Virus record (IMG/VR): IMGVR_UViG_3300023174_000040
Coordinates: 259,268-323,267 of that record
Strand: one strand, 5' to 3'
Length of the DNA stretch: 64,000 bases
In this document: in pieces, positions 36,633 to 47,000 of the stretch
Position numbering within the stretch: position 1 is the stretch's first letter
Layout: every line of letters starts with the position of its first letter
Position numbers and translations under genes: made by a program
The notes under the pieces: generated by a model
The model's database searches: none
Told to the model about the DNA's origin: nothing
The model's input: only the letters and a program-made list of their open reading frames with translations

Positions 36633-38966
36633 TCAGGGAGCCACTGTTGTGGTTGTGGGAGCCACTGTTGTTGTTGGGGCCGTCGTGGTGGTTGTCACCG
36701 GTGCAGCAGACACAACCTTTGAAGGATACGAATAAAGCATCTGTGAACAGACCGTTGATGCAGGAATCCATGCTCCCTTCTTTGATGATCCGCTTAGTAC
36801 TCCTGCTTTTAACTTAGTACCTGGATCAATGAACTTCCAAGTCGAACATCCACAAGAATTTAAAGTGGATCCTATTTTTAAATCTTTATTATGCTTCAAA
36901 CATCTTATATTAGTGTTACAAATAGTGCTACCACAAGATTTAGGTTCTTCCGCTACAATAATAAAAGGCTCAGTTATGGTATCTAAGAATTTTTGTGCTA
37001 CATCCCCCATTTCAGATGTCATCATCTGACTTCCGTCGAGTTTAGACATTATTATAGAATATATTTCTTTTCTGTCGCCTATTCCATCAATTGCATGATC
37101 GTCATAATTTGTTGATTCGTCATAAAGATGAGTAATTCCATCGCTGTTGCCTGGAACGATTATTAAATGAGTGGGCGCTACTTCCTCTTGTGCTGCTTCT
37201 ACGGTCTTAGCAAACACAGTGTAATCATTCGATCCAGATATTATTGATAAAACAGCCACTGAATAACTAGTTCCTCCGTCTGCGCCAATATCTCCAGTTA
37301 TACTAAATTGAGTAATGTCTATATTTGTAGCCACTAAAACAAACATACCAGGATACATGGAAGTGAAATATTGACTTCCTTCTCCGAAATAATCTGTTCC
37401 GTCTTCTATTGTGCTGTCGAAATATATTGGTGAATAAATATTCTTTGAAGCACCTCCTGCTGCCCATTGAGGACCAAAAGAAACTTCATTGGGCATCTGG
37501 GTGTGGGTGGAAGGAATGGAAAGATCATAATCTACTTCATCTTCTTTAATATCATCATAGATTTGAGTTAGATTGGTATTAAAGAAATTACCGCCATCAT
37601 ACATATCAAATCCGCCATCATCAATACCGGTTACTAATGGCATATATTCGGATCCAAAGGATCCTGGGGCTCCTGATGAATTTAATTTAACATAGTATCT
37701 TTTTGGTTTAATAAAATATCCACCAATCCATATATCGCCAGAAGATACTTGATATATATCATTTACTGATGGGTAGTATGAATTATTATCTATTTGATTA
37801 CTAGATCGATTATTTCCATAGAAATCATTTGCTCCACCAAAAGAACTGTCTAGTGATCCATCTGAATTAATTTTACAGATGTTATTTCTAACTGATGGTG
37901 TGTCTCCGGGATATCCGAAAGCATTGAAATTACCACCAACAATCATTTTTCCATCATCTAAAAGTTCAATCTTTGTTATATAGGGAGGATAGAAATTTTC
38001 CTCACCATAATATCCAGCTGGGATGTAGTAAGCAATTCCAGGATTTTGTGCTCCTTGTGCGTCTAAACCAAAAGATGTATCTATATAGCCATTTTCATTT
38101 ATTCTACATATGCTATATAGTGTTGTGGTTATTCCAGTATCTGAGATTACACTAAAATTTCCGCCCACTATTATCTTATTATCATCTTGAACCGCAACTG
38201 TTTTCAAGAAACTCTCGTTATTGAAAGCGGGGGGAATAAACGTATCATCTTCAATCCATGTTGAAGTTCCACTATCATATACATATCTGATAATATGTTT
38301 ATCTTCTAAATTATATCCTACTGCAATTAATCTTTCCTCAGAGTCTATTGCAACATCATATACTGCGTCAAAGTTAGAGTTTGCTTCTATCGGGACTTGA
38401 GTTCCATCATCATTTAGGATCATAATTCTAGAAGTGAACCGGCCAGCCACTACCGAAGTATTGTCACTTAAGGCTAGAATTTTATTCACAACTCCATCTA
38501 TTGCGCCATTTAATGTAGAATCAAAACTGGCGTCAAAGACACCATTTGAATCAAATTTGGCAATATAGTGTGAAGTTTGTGTTGTAATAGATCCGTCTAC
38601 AGAATGATTGTAGAACCAACCACCTAATAATATTTTTCCATTAGGTTGGACGGCAACAGTGTAGATAGAATCACTAAATCTTATGGCGGGAAATGTTTCA
38701 TCTCGGACACCGTTTTGGCTTATTTTCAATACCTCTGAGTAGCAACATTCCCAGTTAGCATCTGGTATTCCGTCTACAAACCCTTCTCCGGCCAAAAGCA
38801 TATCTCCATCATCATGCTGGGTAATGCTATTCACTCTACTAGTGTTACATTGACAACTTATGTAGTTTTCAACTTCATCTGTGAAATAATTCAGATCCGG
38901 TGCCATTGCAGTTATTTCTGCGTGATCAGAATTTAGCCTATCTAGTGCGTTCTGTATGTTCAACAT
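36633..38966 (-). CDS. Delta-60 repeat (DUF5122-like) beta-propeller protein with Thr-rich tail
   Basis: TVAVQPNGKILLGGWF, TVAVQDDNKIIVGGNF, LDSSFG; AAAGGAG RBS. Confidence 0.8.
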   Translation of the reverse strand: MLNIQNALDRLNSDHAEITAMAPDLNYFTDEVENYISCQCNTSRVNSITQHDDGDMLLAGEGFVDGIPDANWECCYSEVLKISQNGVRDETFPAIRFSDSIYTVAVQPNGKILLGGWFYNHSVDGSITTQTSHYIAKFDSNGVFDASFDSTLNGAIDGVVNKILALSDNTSVVAGRFTSRIMILNDDGTQVPIEANSNFDAVYDVAIDSEERLIAVGYNLEDKHIIRYVYDSGTSTWIEDDTFIPPAFNNESFLKTVAVQDDNKIIVGGNFSVISDTGITTTLYSICRINENGYIDTSFGLDAQGAQNPGIAYYIPAGYYGEENFYPPYITKIELLDDGKMIVGGNFNAFGYPGDTPSVRNNICKINSDGSLDSSFGGANDFYGNNRSSNQIDNNSYYPSVNDIYQVSSGDIWIGGYFIKPKRYYVKLNSSGAPGSFGSEYMPLVTGIDDGGFDMYDGGNFFNTNLTQIYDDIKEDEVDYDLSIPSTHTQMPNEVSFGPQWAAGGASKNIYSPIYFDSTIEDGTDYFGEGSQYFTSMYPGMFVLVATNIDITQFSITGDIGADGGTSYSVAVLSIISGSNDYTVFAKTVEAAQEEVAPTHLIIVPGNSDGITHLYDESTNYDDHAIDGIGDRKEIYSIIMSKLDGSQMMTSEMGDVAQKFLDTITEPFIIVAEEPKSCGSTICNTNIRCLKHNKDLKIGSTLNSCGCSTWKFIDPGTKLKAGVLSGSSKKGAWIPASTVCSQMLYSYPSKVVSAAPVTTTTTAPTTTVAPTTTTVAP

Positions 38967-39020
38967 ATTGCTCCTTTGTGTATAAATTTATATATTATAC
39001 AATATGTTGAATTTTAAGTT

Positions 39021-39233
39021 TTATTCATCTTTTTTAAGGGTAAGACTTCCCGAAGAAAAGAACATCTCATATATTCTTGAACAACACCTTTGTGGTGTCC
39101 ATTTTAAACTATAGCAATTTTTTATTAATGATTTTATATCTTTATTGATATCTAATACATCGCCCATTGGAGTATATGGATATTCCAAGTTCCAATATTT
39201 TAAAACACTTCTTATGTAAAAATACTCTTCCAC
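39021..39233 (-). CDS. Small hypothetical protein
   Basis: 70-aa ORF with a GTG start. Confidence 0.4.
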   Translation of the reverse strand: MEEYFYIRSVLKYWNLEYPYTPMGDVLDINKDIKSLIKNCYSLKWTPQRCCSRIYEMFFSSGSLTLKKDE

Positions 39234-39254
39234 AAACTAAAATAGTAAAATTAA

Positions 39255-39298
39255 ATAAAAAAAGCCGGTTGAAACCATTTCTAGTTTCAACCGGCTTT
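39255..39298 (-). terminator. Strong intrinsic terminator ending the ncRNA
   Basis: 15-bp perfect stem AAAGCCGGTTGAAAC/GTTTCAACCGGCTTT followed by a U-run on the minus strand. Confidence 0.9.
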
Positions 39299-39299
39299 A

Positions 39300-40110
39300 G
39301 TAGATAGAAGAAGTTTACGATCCACTCATATACAGAGGAATGAATCGTATAAAATAGTCCGTCACTTTAACAGCAGTTCCTATAGGTCTCCTCTACCATT
39401 GGATGTTTTTCATCCACCGTTTTACCTATATGTGACAGTCGTAGTCCGTTCGCCACTCATATTTCTTTTAAAGCTAAACTACCCACAAAATATCACCTGT
39501 TACCAGTGACCCCTTTGGTGGTTGATCTAACAATATCTGGATTTACTCGTACCGAACATTCACCACAACACTCTCATTTGTTTAACGTGTTTGAGCCAAC
39601 ACGTCGTTTCTAGGGTTGTTTTTGCTTTTCAGCACCCAGACTCAATATCACTATTCACCGTCGCCACGGTTGCTCCATAATAAAATAGAGGGGTTGTTAA
39701 AGACACTGCCAGTCTCCTTAACTTATCCCGTGATACTAAGAGGACCGCTACATTTGATTTCAGTGGGATAGTCTTTCTCAAGACTAATGCGTTCCCAAAT
39801 TCCTCAACGTCGTTAGTTCTGACTTCTTGTCTTTAAAAATTATTTCTAATTTTTAAATTTATACAAGTCAAACATCCTCTTACCGAAGCCCACCACAAAG
39901 TTCCGACAAAAAATCCCCCTTGATTTTTTAGTTCAAGGTTTCTTCTTTATCGTATACTACCTCTTTTTGCCTCTCAGCAAACTAGTAATATCCCAACCCT
40001 TCTTTTCACGGATTAGGCTTTTGAGATCGTGGAAGCATTTCTGTTTCCATCGATTGTCCTTGTGGCTTAATTTTTTCGCCAACACATTTCAGTGCTAGCA
40101 AGGACTTTGT
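39300..40110 (-). ncRNA. Large structured non-coding RNA (~800 nt), GOLLD-like candidate
   Basis: No ORF; >12 stems, several GNRA-capped only on the minus strand; own promoter, boxA and terminator; family name not verified. Confidence 0.7.
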
Positions 40111-40117
40111 TTCAAAT

Positions 40118-40129
40118 TGTCAAAGAGCA
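40118..40129 (-). promoter_or_regulatory. boxA antitermination element
   Basis: TGCTCTTTGACA vs rrn boxA TGCTCTTTAACA (11/12). Confidence 0.7.
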
Positions 40130-40173
40130 AGTTTTTTCTTCAACTCATCATTTCCGACGTCGTTGATGGGCTC

Positions 40174-40223
40174 AGTATAGCGACTCCTTGAACCCTCGCA
40201 AGCCCCTATCCAAAAATTTTTTT
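40174..40223 (-). promoter_or_regulatory. Sigma70-type promoter for the ncRNA
   Basis: TTGCGA-16nt-TATACT; A/T-tract upstream; GC-rich GAGCCC discriminator. Confidence 0.7.
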
Positions 40224-40475
40224 GAGCCTATTTTTACGGGTAATTTTGCACTTTTCTTTTTTTTATTTAAAGTTTTTAAAATTTTTTCTTTGGCAAAAGA
40301 AGATAATTTTTTTTTTAAAAAAAATCAGCGGTTCTAGGGCAAATCACAGTCTTCACCGTAGTTGTTAACGTTGAAGCTGGGTCTCCATCGCCGTGGGTTC
40401 TAATTTTAGATTACTGAACATATTTTTCCTTAATTATGTATAGATATATATGTTATTTAATAAAAAGGAATTAAA

Positions 40476-40931
40476 ATGGCAGATATAAAAATATCAGAAT
40501 TACCATTGGGCTCAGCAAATAAAGATGCAGTTGTACCAGCAACAAATGCCGCAGGAACACTAACAGAAAAAATAAAATTAGGAGATATTGCATCTCTCTA
40601 TAAGCCTACAGTGGTAGACCTAGGCGCCGACACATCCATATCAATAAACGCCAGTTCCGGTGACATATTCGACGTAGATGTGGACAACAACGTGACAATA
40701 AGCAACCCGACCTGGACGGGCAGTGCCGTCGACGGAAAAACCATCAAGATAAGAATGAATTGGATAGATGCGGGATATACACTAATATTAGGCAATAAAT
40801 TCGCACTACCAGACGGAGCAACAGATCCTCTTCCGGTTAGCGAAGTCACAGGAAAGACCGATCTGTTTGCGGCCACTTATCATGCCGGCAGAGACAAGTG
40901 GGACGTTGTGGCCTTTATCCCGGGATACTAA
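40476..40931 (+). CDS. Small tail-fibre-related protein
   Basis: MADIKISELP anchor; C-terminal ...WDVVAFIPGY; AAAAGGA RBS. Confidence 0.65.
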   Translation: MADIKISELPLGSANKDAVVPATNAAGTLTEKIKLGDIASLYKPTVVDLGADTSISINASSGDIFDVDVDNNVTISNPTWTGSAVDGKTIKIRMNWIDAGYTLILGNKFALPDGATDPLPVSEVTGKTDLFAATYHAGRDKWDVVAFIPGY

Positions 40932-40938
40932 TTATTTT

Positions 40939-43716
40939 ATGGCAACTCTTTATTATAACAACGCCGTTGGAAACGAAGACTGGTCGACGCTGGGAAACTG
41001 GTGGCTTGATGATTCTTTCTCTACCCCCGCAACCCAGCTTCCAACAAGCAGTGATGATGTGGAGATATACGAATCGCTGACAAGTAATTCAGGAAGCGTG
41101 CCCACTGTCAACAATCTGACAAACAACTCGGAAAACTATAAAGGTCTTCAAACGTCGGTGATTGTTCTTGGAACTGCGACCTTCAATGGTCATAGCTTTG
41201 GTGGGTATGTCGCTGGCCTTCTCCCCACCATAACCGGGAATGCAGTCTTCAACGATTATTCTATGGCAAGCGATTTTCGTATTCATGGAAAAGTCACATT
41301 CAATGACTATTCAGTCGCAGAAGCAAACTTAAATGATGGAGACGACTGGGATCTAGAGGTCGTATTCAATGATTATAGCAGAAAAACGGCGGCTATCCAC
41401 TCGTCGGGCGTTGTCACATTCAATGATTATAGTCGTAATATTAATGGAACTATTAATGGTGGTTTGATTATATTCAATGATAACTCAACCAATGCACAAG
41501 ATTTAACAGCAGAACAATCAACAGTAAATGCGATTTTCAACGACTATTCGTATAACACGGGAACAATATCAGAAAACACAGTTTTCAATGATTATTCAAA
41601 AAATTATGATGGAGTGATATACGTAGACTCAAATAGTGGAGATAATAATAACGACATATCCACACCACAAAGTCCATATAACACAATTCAAAAAGGATTT
41701 GTGACTGCGTATCACTTGGTTCCAAAATTAACAACCGTAGACGGGGTAAAATGTGCTAGTTTCAATGGATCAACAGATTACTTAAATGTTCTTCCTGTGC
41801 AAGGAGCAAACATACAGGAAACTTTTACTGTGGAATTTTGGTTCTATATGAAAAGCGAAACAAGTGGAATCTACACCCTTCTGAGCAACTTGTTTAATCA
41901 AGGATCTAATTCACAAACTCATCCATTATGGAAGGTAAATATCTGCACAAGGACTTATTTGGGCTTTGCAGACGCTCCCGGCGGCAATGTAATTTCTGTT
42001 TCTGGGAAGGTCGTCGCTTCGGATCCCTCAGTTGTAGGAAATACCTTCTCCAACATAGAGTTAAATGAATGGACTCATTTTGCAATGGTTGCAGATGGAG
42101 GAGTGTTTAAGATATACTTAAATGGAAATTTAGAATCAACACATAATTTTACTGGGGGCTATTCTTTTGGAATTGATGAGGGTGATGATCTTAGAAGCGG
42201 ATTAGATATAGGCTACGATTATGATAATGGCGATTTTTTTGACGGATACATAAGCGGAATAAGAATATTCAACGACGCCGCAGTCTACACAAGTACGTTC
42301 ACGCCCAGTTCCCCGGATGATTTTGGATCCACGGTAGGATTACACACAGCCAGCTTTCTGTGGAATTTTGACACTCCCAAGAATTATCTGATAGATGTTA
42401 AGGCCTTGGATCCCCAAGACGATGTCTGGAGCGCAGACGCTGGACCAGGCAGAAATCACGGGGAAGCCACAGAGTGGCCAAACAATATAGCGTTAAGAGG
42501 CAATAATACCAACGCAGATGGATCACCATGGAAAGAAGTAATAATATCAGAAGAAGATCTTCAATATGCCACCGAAGCGGCAGGCGCAAATTTGCTCTCG
42601 GATGGATTCACAACAGATGGAACTTCGAATGGAAAAATTAATTTTATTGGAGCAACCAATCTAGAAAATAAATTTTTACTTAACAATTCGAATACATTCT
42701 CAAATAATAGTTTGCAAGGAGTTTACATTGTAGAGTGGGCCGAAGGGAGCACATCCAAAAAAAGTCGGGCGTATTTGAGTTTTACATCGGGGCCAAATAA
42801 TATAAGCGTGCGTCCTACAAATGACCAATACGGCATCATTAACTTGGCAGGGACATGGAAACTGCCGGCCAAATTTAAACCGGCTTCATCCATGGGCAAT
42901 ATAAATTTCAGTGGACGGGACGCAGTGTGGGATTACGCCGAAGATGTGGCAATAACAACATCAACCAATGGAAGAAAAATAGACATACTAACGTACGGAG
43001 AAGTTATCATAGGCGATATTTCTTCCAACGGGGGCGGGAGGGACGGAGGCGCAGGCCCGGGGAGTGGCGGAGAAGTAAGGATCAACAACGTGATGGCGGA
43101 CAACATCAACGTCAACGGAGGGGACGGAGCTAACTTCGACCCATTCTTTTTGACACAAGGAGGCGGGGGAAATTTCACAGGAATAAATTCAAACGTCAAG
43201 GACATACATTTGAATCCCGGAACAGGGGGCTATGCACAAGATGGAGGAGACATAATCCTCATAGGATCCAAGGCCAAAAACATCTATTCGCACGGAGGAC
43301 TGAGCGCCGACTGCGGCGGCGGCGGAAGTGGCGGCGACCTTTTCATGCTGAACAGCACGGTGGGTGAGGTAGCATGCTACGGCTACCCAGGCGACGGGTG
43401 CGGGTCGGGTGGAAGTAATGGAGGATACGCAACAATAATAAACAGCACGGTGGATTGGCTAAGACTAAACGGAGCGAGCGACGGCACTTCTTACGGGCAA
43501 GGCGGAAATGCGGTGGTCATAGACAGCAGCATCATGCTTGCGGACGTAACCAACTTCGGGCTTCCAAGTGAAATGTGTAATGACATATATGGCCACCCAT
43601 GTGAATCTGAGCAAATTCCGGGCTATGTCGTGGCTCCCAACCATGATTACGACGGCTCAATAAAGACACACACGACAAAGAAGCAGGCAATAAACGGACC
43701 AGGATTCCTCGGATAA
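40939..43716 (+). CDS. Large fibre/adhesin with beta-helix (FNDYS) repeats, LamG domain and Gly-rich region
   Basis: FNDYS repeats; FTVEFW...WTHFAMV...GYISGIRI LamG; likely start 40939. Confidence 0.75.
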   Translation: MATLYYNNAVGNEDWSTLGNWWLDDSFSTPATQLPTSSDDVEIYESLTSNSGSVPTVNNLTNNSENYKGLQTSVIVLGTATFNGHSFGGYVAGLLPTITGNAVFNDYSMASDFRIHGKVTFNDYSVAEANLNDGDDWDLEVVFNDYSRKTAAIHSSGVVTFNDYSRNINGTINGGLIIFNDNSTNAQDLTAEQSTVNAIFNDYSYNTGTISENTVFNDYSKNYDGVIYVDSNSGDNNNDISTPQSPYNTIQKGFVTAYHLVPKLTTVDGVKCASFNGSTDYLNVLPVQGANIQETFTVEFWFYMKSETSGIYTLLSNLFNQGSNSQTHPLWKVNICTRTYLGFADAPGGNVISVSGKVVASDPSVVGNTFSNIELNEWTHFAMVADGGVFKIYLNGNLESTHNFTGGYSFGIDEGDDLRSGLDIGYDYDNGDFFDGYISGIRIFNDAAVYTSTFTPSSPDDFGSTVGLHTASFLWNFDTPKNYLIDVKALDPQDDVWSADAGPGRNHGEATEWPNNIALRGNNTNADGSPWKEVIISEEDLQYATEAAGANLLSDGFTTDGTSNGKINFIGATNLENKFLLNNSNTFSNNSLQGVYIVEWAEGSTSKKSRAYLSFTSGPNNISVRPTNDQYGIINLAGTWKLPAKFKPASSMGNINFSGRDAVWDYAEDVAITTSTNGRKIDILTYGEVIIGDISSNGGGRDGGAGPGSGGEVRINNVMADNINVNGGDGANFDPFFLTQGGGGNFTGINSNVKDIHLNPGTGGYAQDGGDIILIGSKAKNIYSHGGLSADCGGGGSGGDLFMLNSTVGEVACYGYPGDGCGSGGSNGGYATIINSTVDWLRLNGASDGTSYGQGGNAVVIDSSIMLADVTNFGLPSEMCNDIYGHPCESEQIPGYVVAPNHDYDGSIKTHTTKKQAINGPGFLG

Positions 43717-43728
43717 AAAGGACAAAAC

Positions 43729-44001
43729 ATGATCAAATTCGACCCGCCACTAGAAGTGCAAGTAAAAGGAAAGAAAATAAATGTGAGCGAGCTGCCCCTT
43801 GTGGTAATTGACATTCAAAAAACCAAAGTATGCAAGGCGCAATCCTCCCGTTTCTACAAGACATTGACCTTGTGGGAAGGGGCGTCTTACGACGCCATAG
43901 GAAACTACACACAGGAGCAAGCGGAGGCCAGATACCTAGAACTGCTCGGTAGCAAACCAGCAAAAGAACTCGCAAAACTATACGTAGAACCAACCAAATA
44001 A
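43729..44001 (+). CDS. Putative fibre chaperone/accessory protein (paralog of 47988-48278)
   Basis: TLWEGASYDAIGNYTQEQAEARYLELLG. Confidence 0.6.
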   Translation: MIKFDPPLEVQVKGKKINVSELPLVVIDIQKTKVCKAQSSRFYKTLTLWEGASYDAIGNYTQEQAEARYLELLGSKPAKELAKLYVEPTK

Positions 44002-44011
44002 AGTAAAAAAA

Positions 44012-47000
44012 ATGGCAAACCTAGAGCAATACACACCGATATACATAAAATCAAGCGGCAACGACTCCACAGGGGATGGAAGTAGTGGCAATCCATACCT
44101 AACGGCCCAGAAGGCGTTTGAAGTCGCCTATGCGGGAACGGGACTCAAAGTCCTTGATTTCACGGAGGGAAATTTCGGAGGCGTTAATCTAAATGGATTC
44201 AGCGATTGGCCCTCAAGGATTGCTGTTCGTGGGGTAGACAGTCAATCAAGCGTTTTGGGAGGTATAATAGGGGCTTCAAAAAAAATAAGCATAATAAGCG
44301 ACAAAACCGTTGAAATCGGAGAAATAAGTGGCGGATCGACCGTGCTAACGGACTGCAAGGCCGGCAAAGTAAATTCGGCATCAATAAGTTTGATAGACTC
44401 TGATGTGGTGGGATTAAACTCATCAAGAACCTCCTGCTCCGGAAAGGCCAAGGGGCTCGGCGGAGGAAACATACTTGGCCCGAGCAGGACGGAAAAGGTC
44501 TCCTTGCTCCTGCACATGGGTGGCAGCAGGGAAAACATTGCAACATTCACCGATTATTCCATTGACACCAAGAATATAAAAGTCAAGGGAAATACAAGGA
44601 TCATAACTGGAGTTTATACATGTAACGGATCCAGCTGGCCACATTGCGGATATTTCCCGCCGCCGGCTCAGCAGTCCTGCTTCTTCGACGGGAATGGAAG
44701 CTACCTTGAGACGAAGGAAGAAAAGGACTTCGGATTCGGAAGGGGAGACTTCACAATAGAGTCTAAAATATACATCCCATACGACAGCTGGGGCACCACG
44801 GGAACAATATTCAACCTGGGCGGGGGAATAAAACTCAGGACCTATGGCGCAGAAAGCCTGGTGATAGACGGAGAAACATACAACTGGTATCCAGGGGATA
44901 ACATTCCCATCGACCAGGAAGTCCATGTCGCAATGACAAGGAAGGGCGGAGAATTCAACATATTCGTTAACGGAGAAAGGGTCTTCCAGCTCACCGGGGT
45001 CTCGGTGGACCTTGGAAGATCCAACATTCTGAGGATAGGGGCCGGGGAAGAGGACGGAATGGAAGCCTTTTATTTGTACGGATACCTCAGGGAGTTCAGG
45101 GTCGTAAAGGGAAGGGCGGTATACAGTGGTGAATTCCTCCCGCCAACTGAAGCACTTTCCGTGATCGTTGAAGACCACCCATCCTTGGATTCAAGGACGC
45201 TCTACTTCAACAACATCGCCAACGACAACAGTTGGACCAACCTTAATAACTGGTGGTCGGACGAGGCTTGTACCGTGCACAGCAGTTCCTTGCCGGGGGA
45301 GCACGACAAGGTGGTGGTCAGGGGTGCGGCATTCGACGGCATAAACGTAACCGTTCGCAAATTGACCATGTTTGCTGACGGGAATATCCCATCGCACACA
45401 TCATTCAAAAACTCAACCATAAACGCACGTAACGGAATATTTGCAATCACGACAGGTGCGGGATATGTTGAGTCTGGGGGGTCGGGGTTTGCGAGCACAT
45501 GCGCATTGAACGGGAACGTGTTCTTCTTTGAGAGTGATGCAACCCAAGGCACGATGAGCGCACAGGTCGACGGAAACCTTACGGTGGGAGGTTGCGATGT
45601 CGGGGTAAACGTATATGTAAGCGGAAGCGTGATAGTCAAGGGCGACTGTACGAACTTTGGACATGTGGGAAAAAATCTTATAGTTGAACTGGGAGGGTTC
45701 GGAAACGGAAACGGTGCGGTACATCCCACAATTGAAGGCAACGCAATTTTCATTGGCGGCAGGGGACTCGTGGCCACGGCCGATGGGTCGCCCAGCCCTG
45801 GCAATTGGGGGGCGATCAATGGGAATGCCGAATTTTATCTGGGGGCTGTGAACGCAGGAAACGTATATGGAAAAGCATATTTTCACGACAGTTCGAACGG
45901 AGGAACATTGCACAATGGTGCGACCTTCGTAAGCACCGTAGGTGGGGCTGCGATGAATTGGCTTCGTGATGAAAACGGCGAAGGAAGCGGCGCCTTTGGA
46001 CTCATAAACGGAACCACAAAAATATACGGCGCCGGCTACGTTGGGGGCTCCGGAAGTTTCTTTGATGACGTCCACCTGTACGACGGCGTGATCCTAACAA
46101 ATACATTCAAGCCTCCACTCATAGAAGGCAACATATATTGCCACGACAATTCAACGCTGGGAAGCGTAGCATGCCCTAGCGATGTGTATTTCTACGACAA
46201 CTCCCACGGCAACATGAGCTACAGCCCGGGGCTTAATTCAGACTGGCTGCTCGCCACTTACGGAACACCAGACTGGGAGGGATGGAGCGAAGGCCAGTAT
46301 CGTCCGATCAACGGATATGATCCACCCAACCTGAGGTCGGACTTCTACGTTGGTAGCTGCGCCCTCTACGGGAATTCAACCCTTGGAGACTTCCTCGTCC
46401 TTAACGACCTGACGCTCAACGGCGAAAGCGGAATGACCCAGTACAACGTGACTGCCACAACAGGCGGAGATCAAGGTCTACGCCACGGGGTTCTCGAAAG
46501 CGGAACGAGGGTCGAGGGAAGGATAATATGCAACACCACCGGGGACTGCTACCCAGACATACTGAGCCTCACGGTGAACGCAGGCCATACGGGGTACAAG
46601 ACGTTCATAGTGGGTGGATGCTCATATGTAAATGTAAAAATTAATGGAAACATATCAACCATAGAAGGCAGCTCGGTAGATTTGAGCTACATAATAAATC
46701 AATTTGAACTGACGGGTTTTCTAAACATAACCATTCAACCATGTAGTATGGATGGGAATCCTACTTGGGAACGAATAACATCGTTCATTACCTACCAAGC
46801 CCTGAACTTCATCACGGGAGTGGGAAGCCTTAGGGGCATGAACAGAATCGGCACATTAGATCTTATCAACATTCAAAACCCAGAACTGGATGTGTTGAGC
46901 CTGAAGTCGCTTCAAACACTGAATCTGTCGGGGCCAAACATAGCAAGCGTGAACGTAAGCGGACTAAGGAACCTGAGCTACATAGACATTTCAAACAATG

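Noticed and set aside
39300-40110. RNase P, tmRNA, rRNA or group I/II intron identity for the ncRNA
   Set aside because: AAAGTCC is present but without the RNase P P4 partner; no tRNA-like ends; not inside a gene; no recognisable intron core
40325-40420. Moderately GC-rich stretch upstream of the ncRNA promoter
   Set aside because: Only very short ORFs or a possible gene remnant, and no convincing fold
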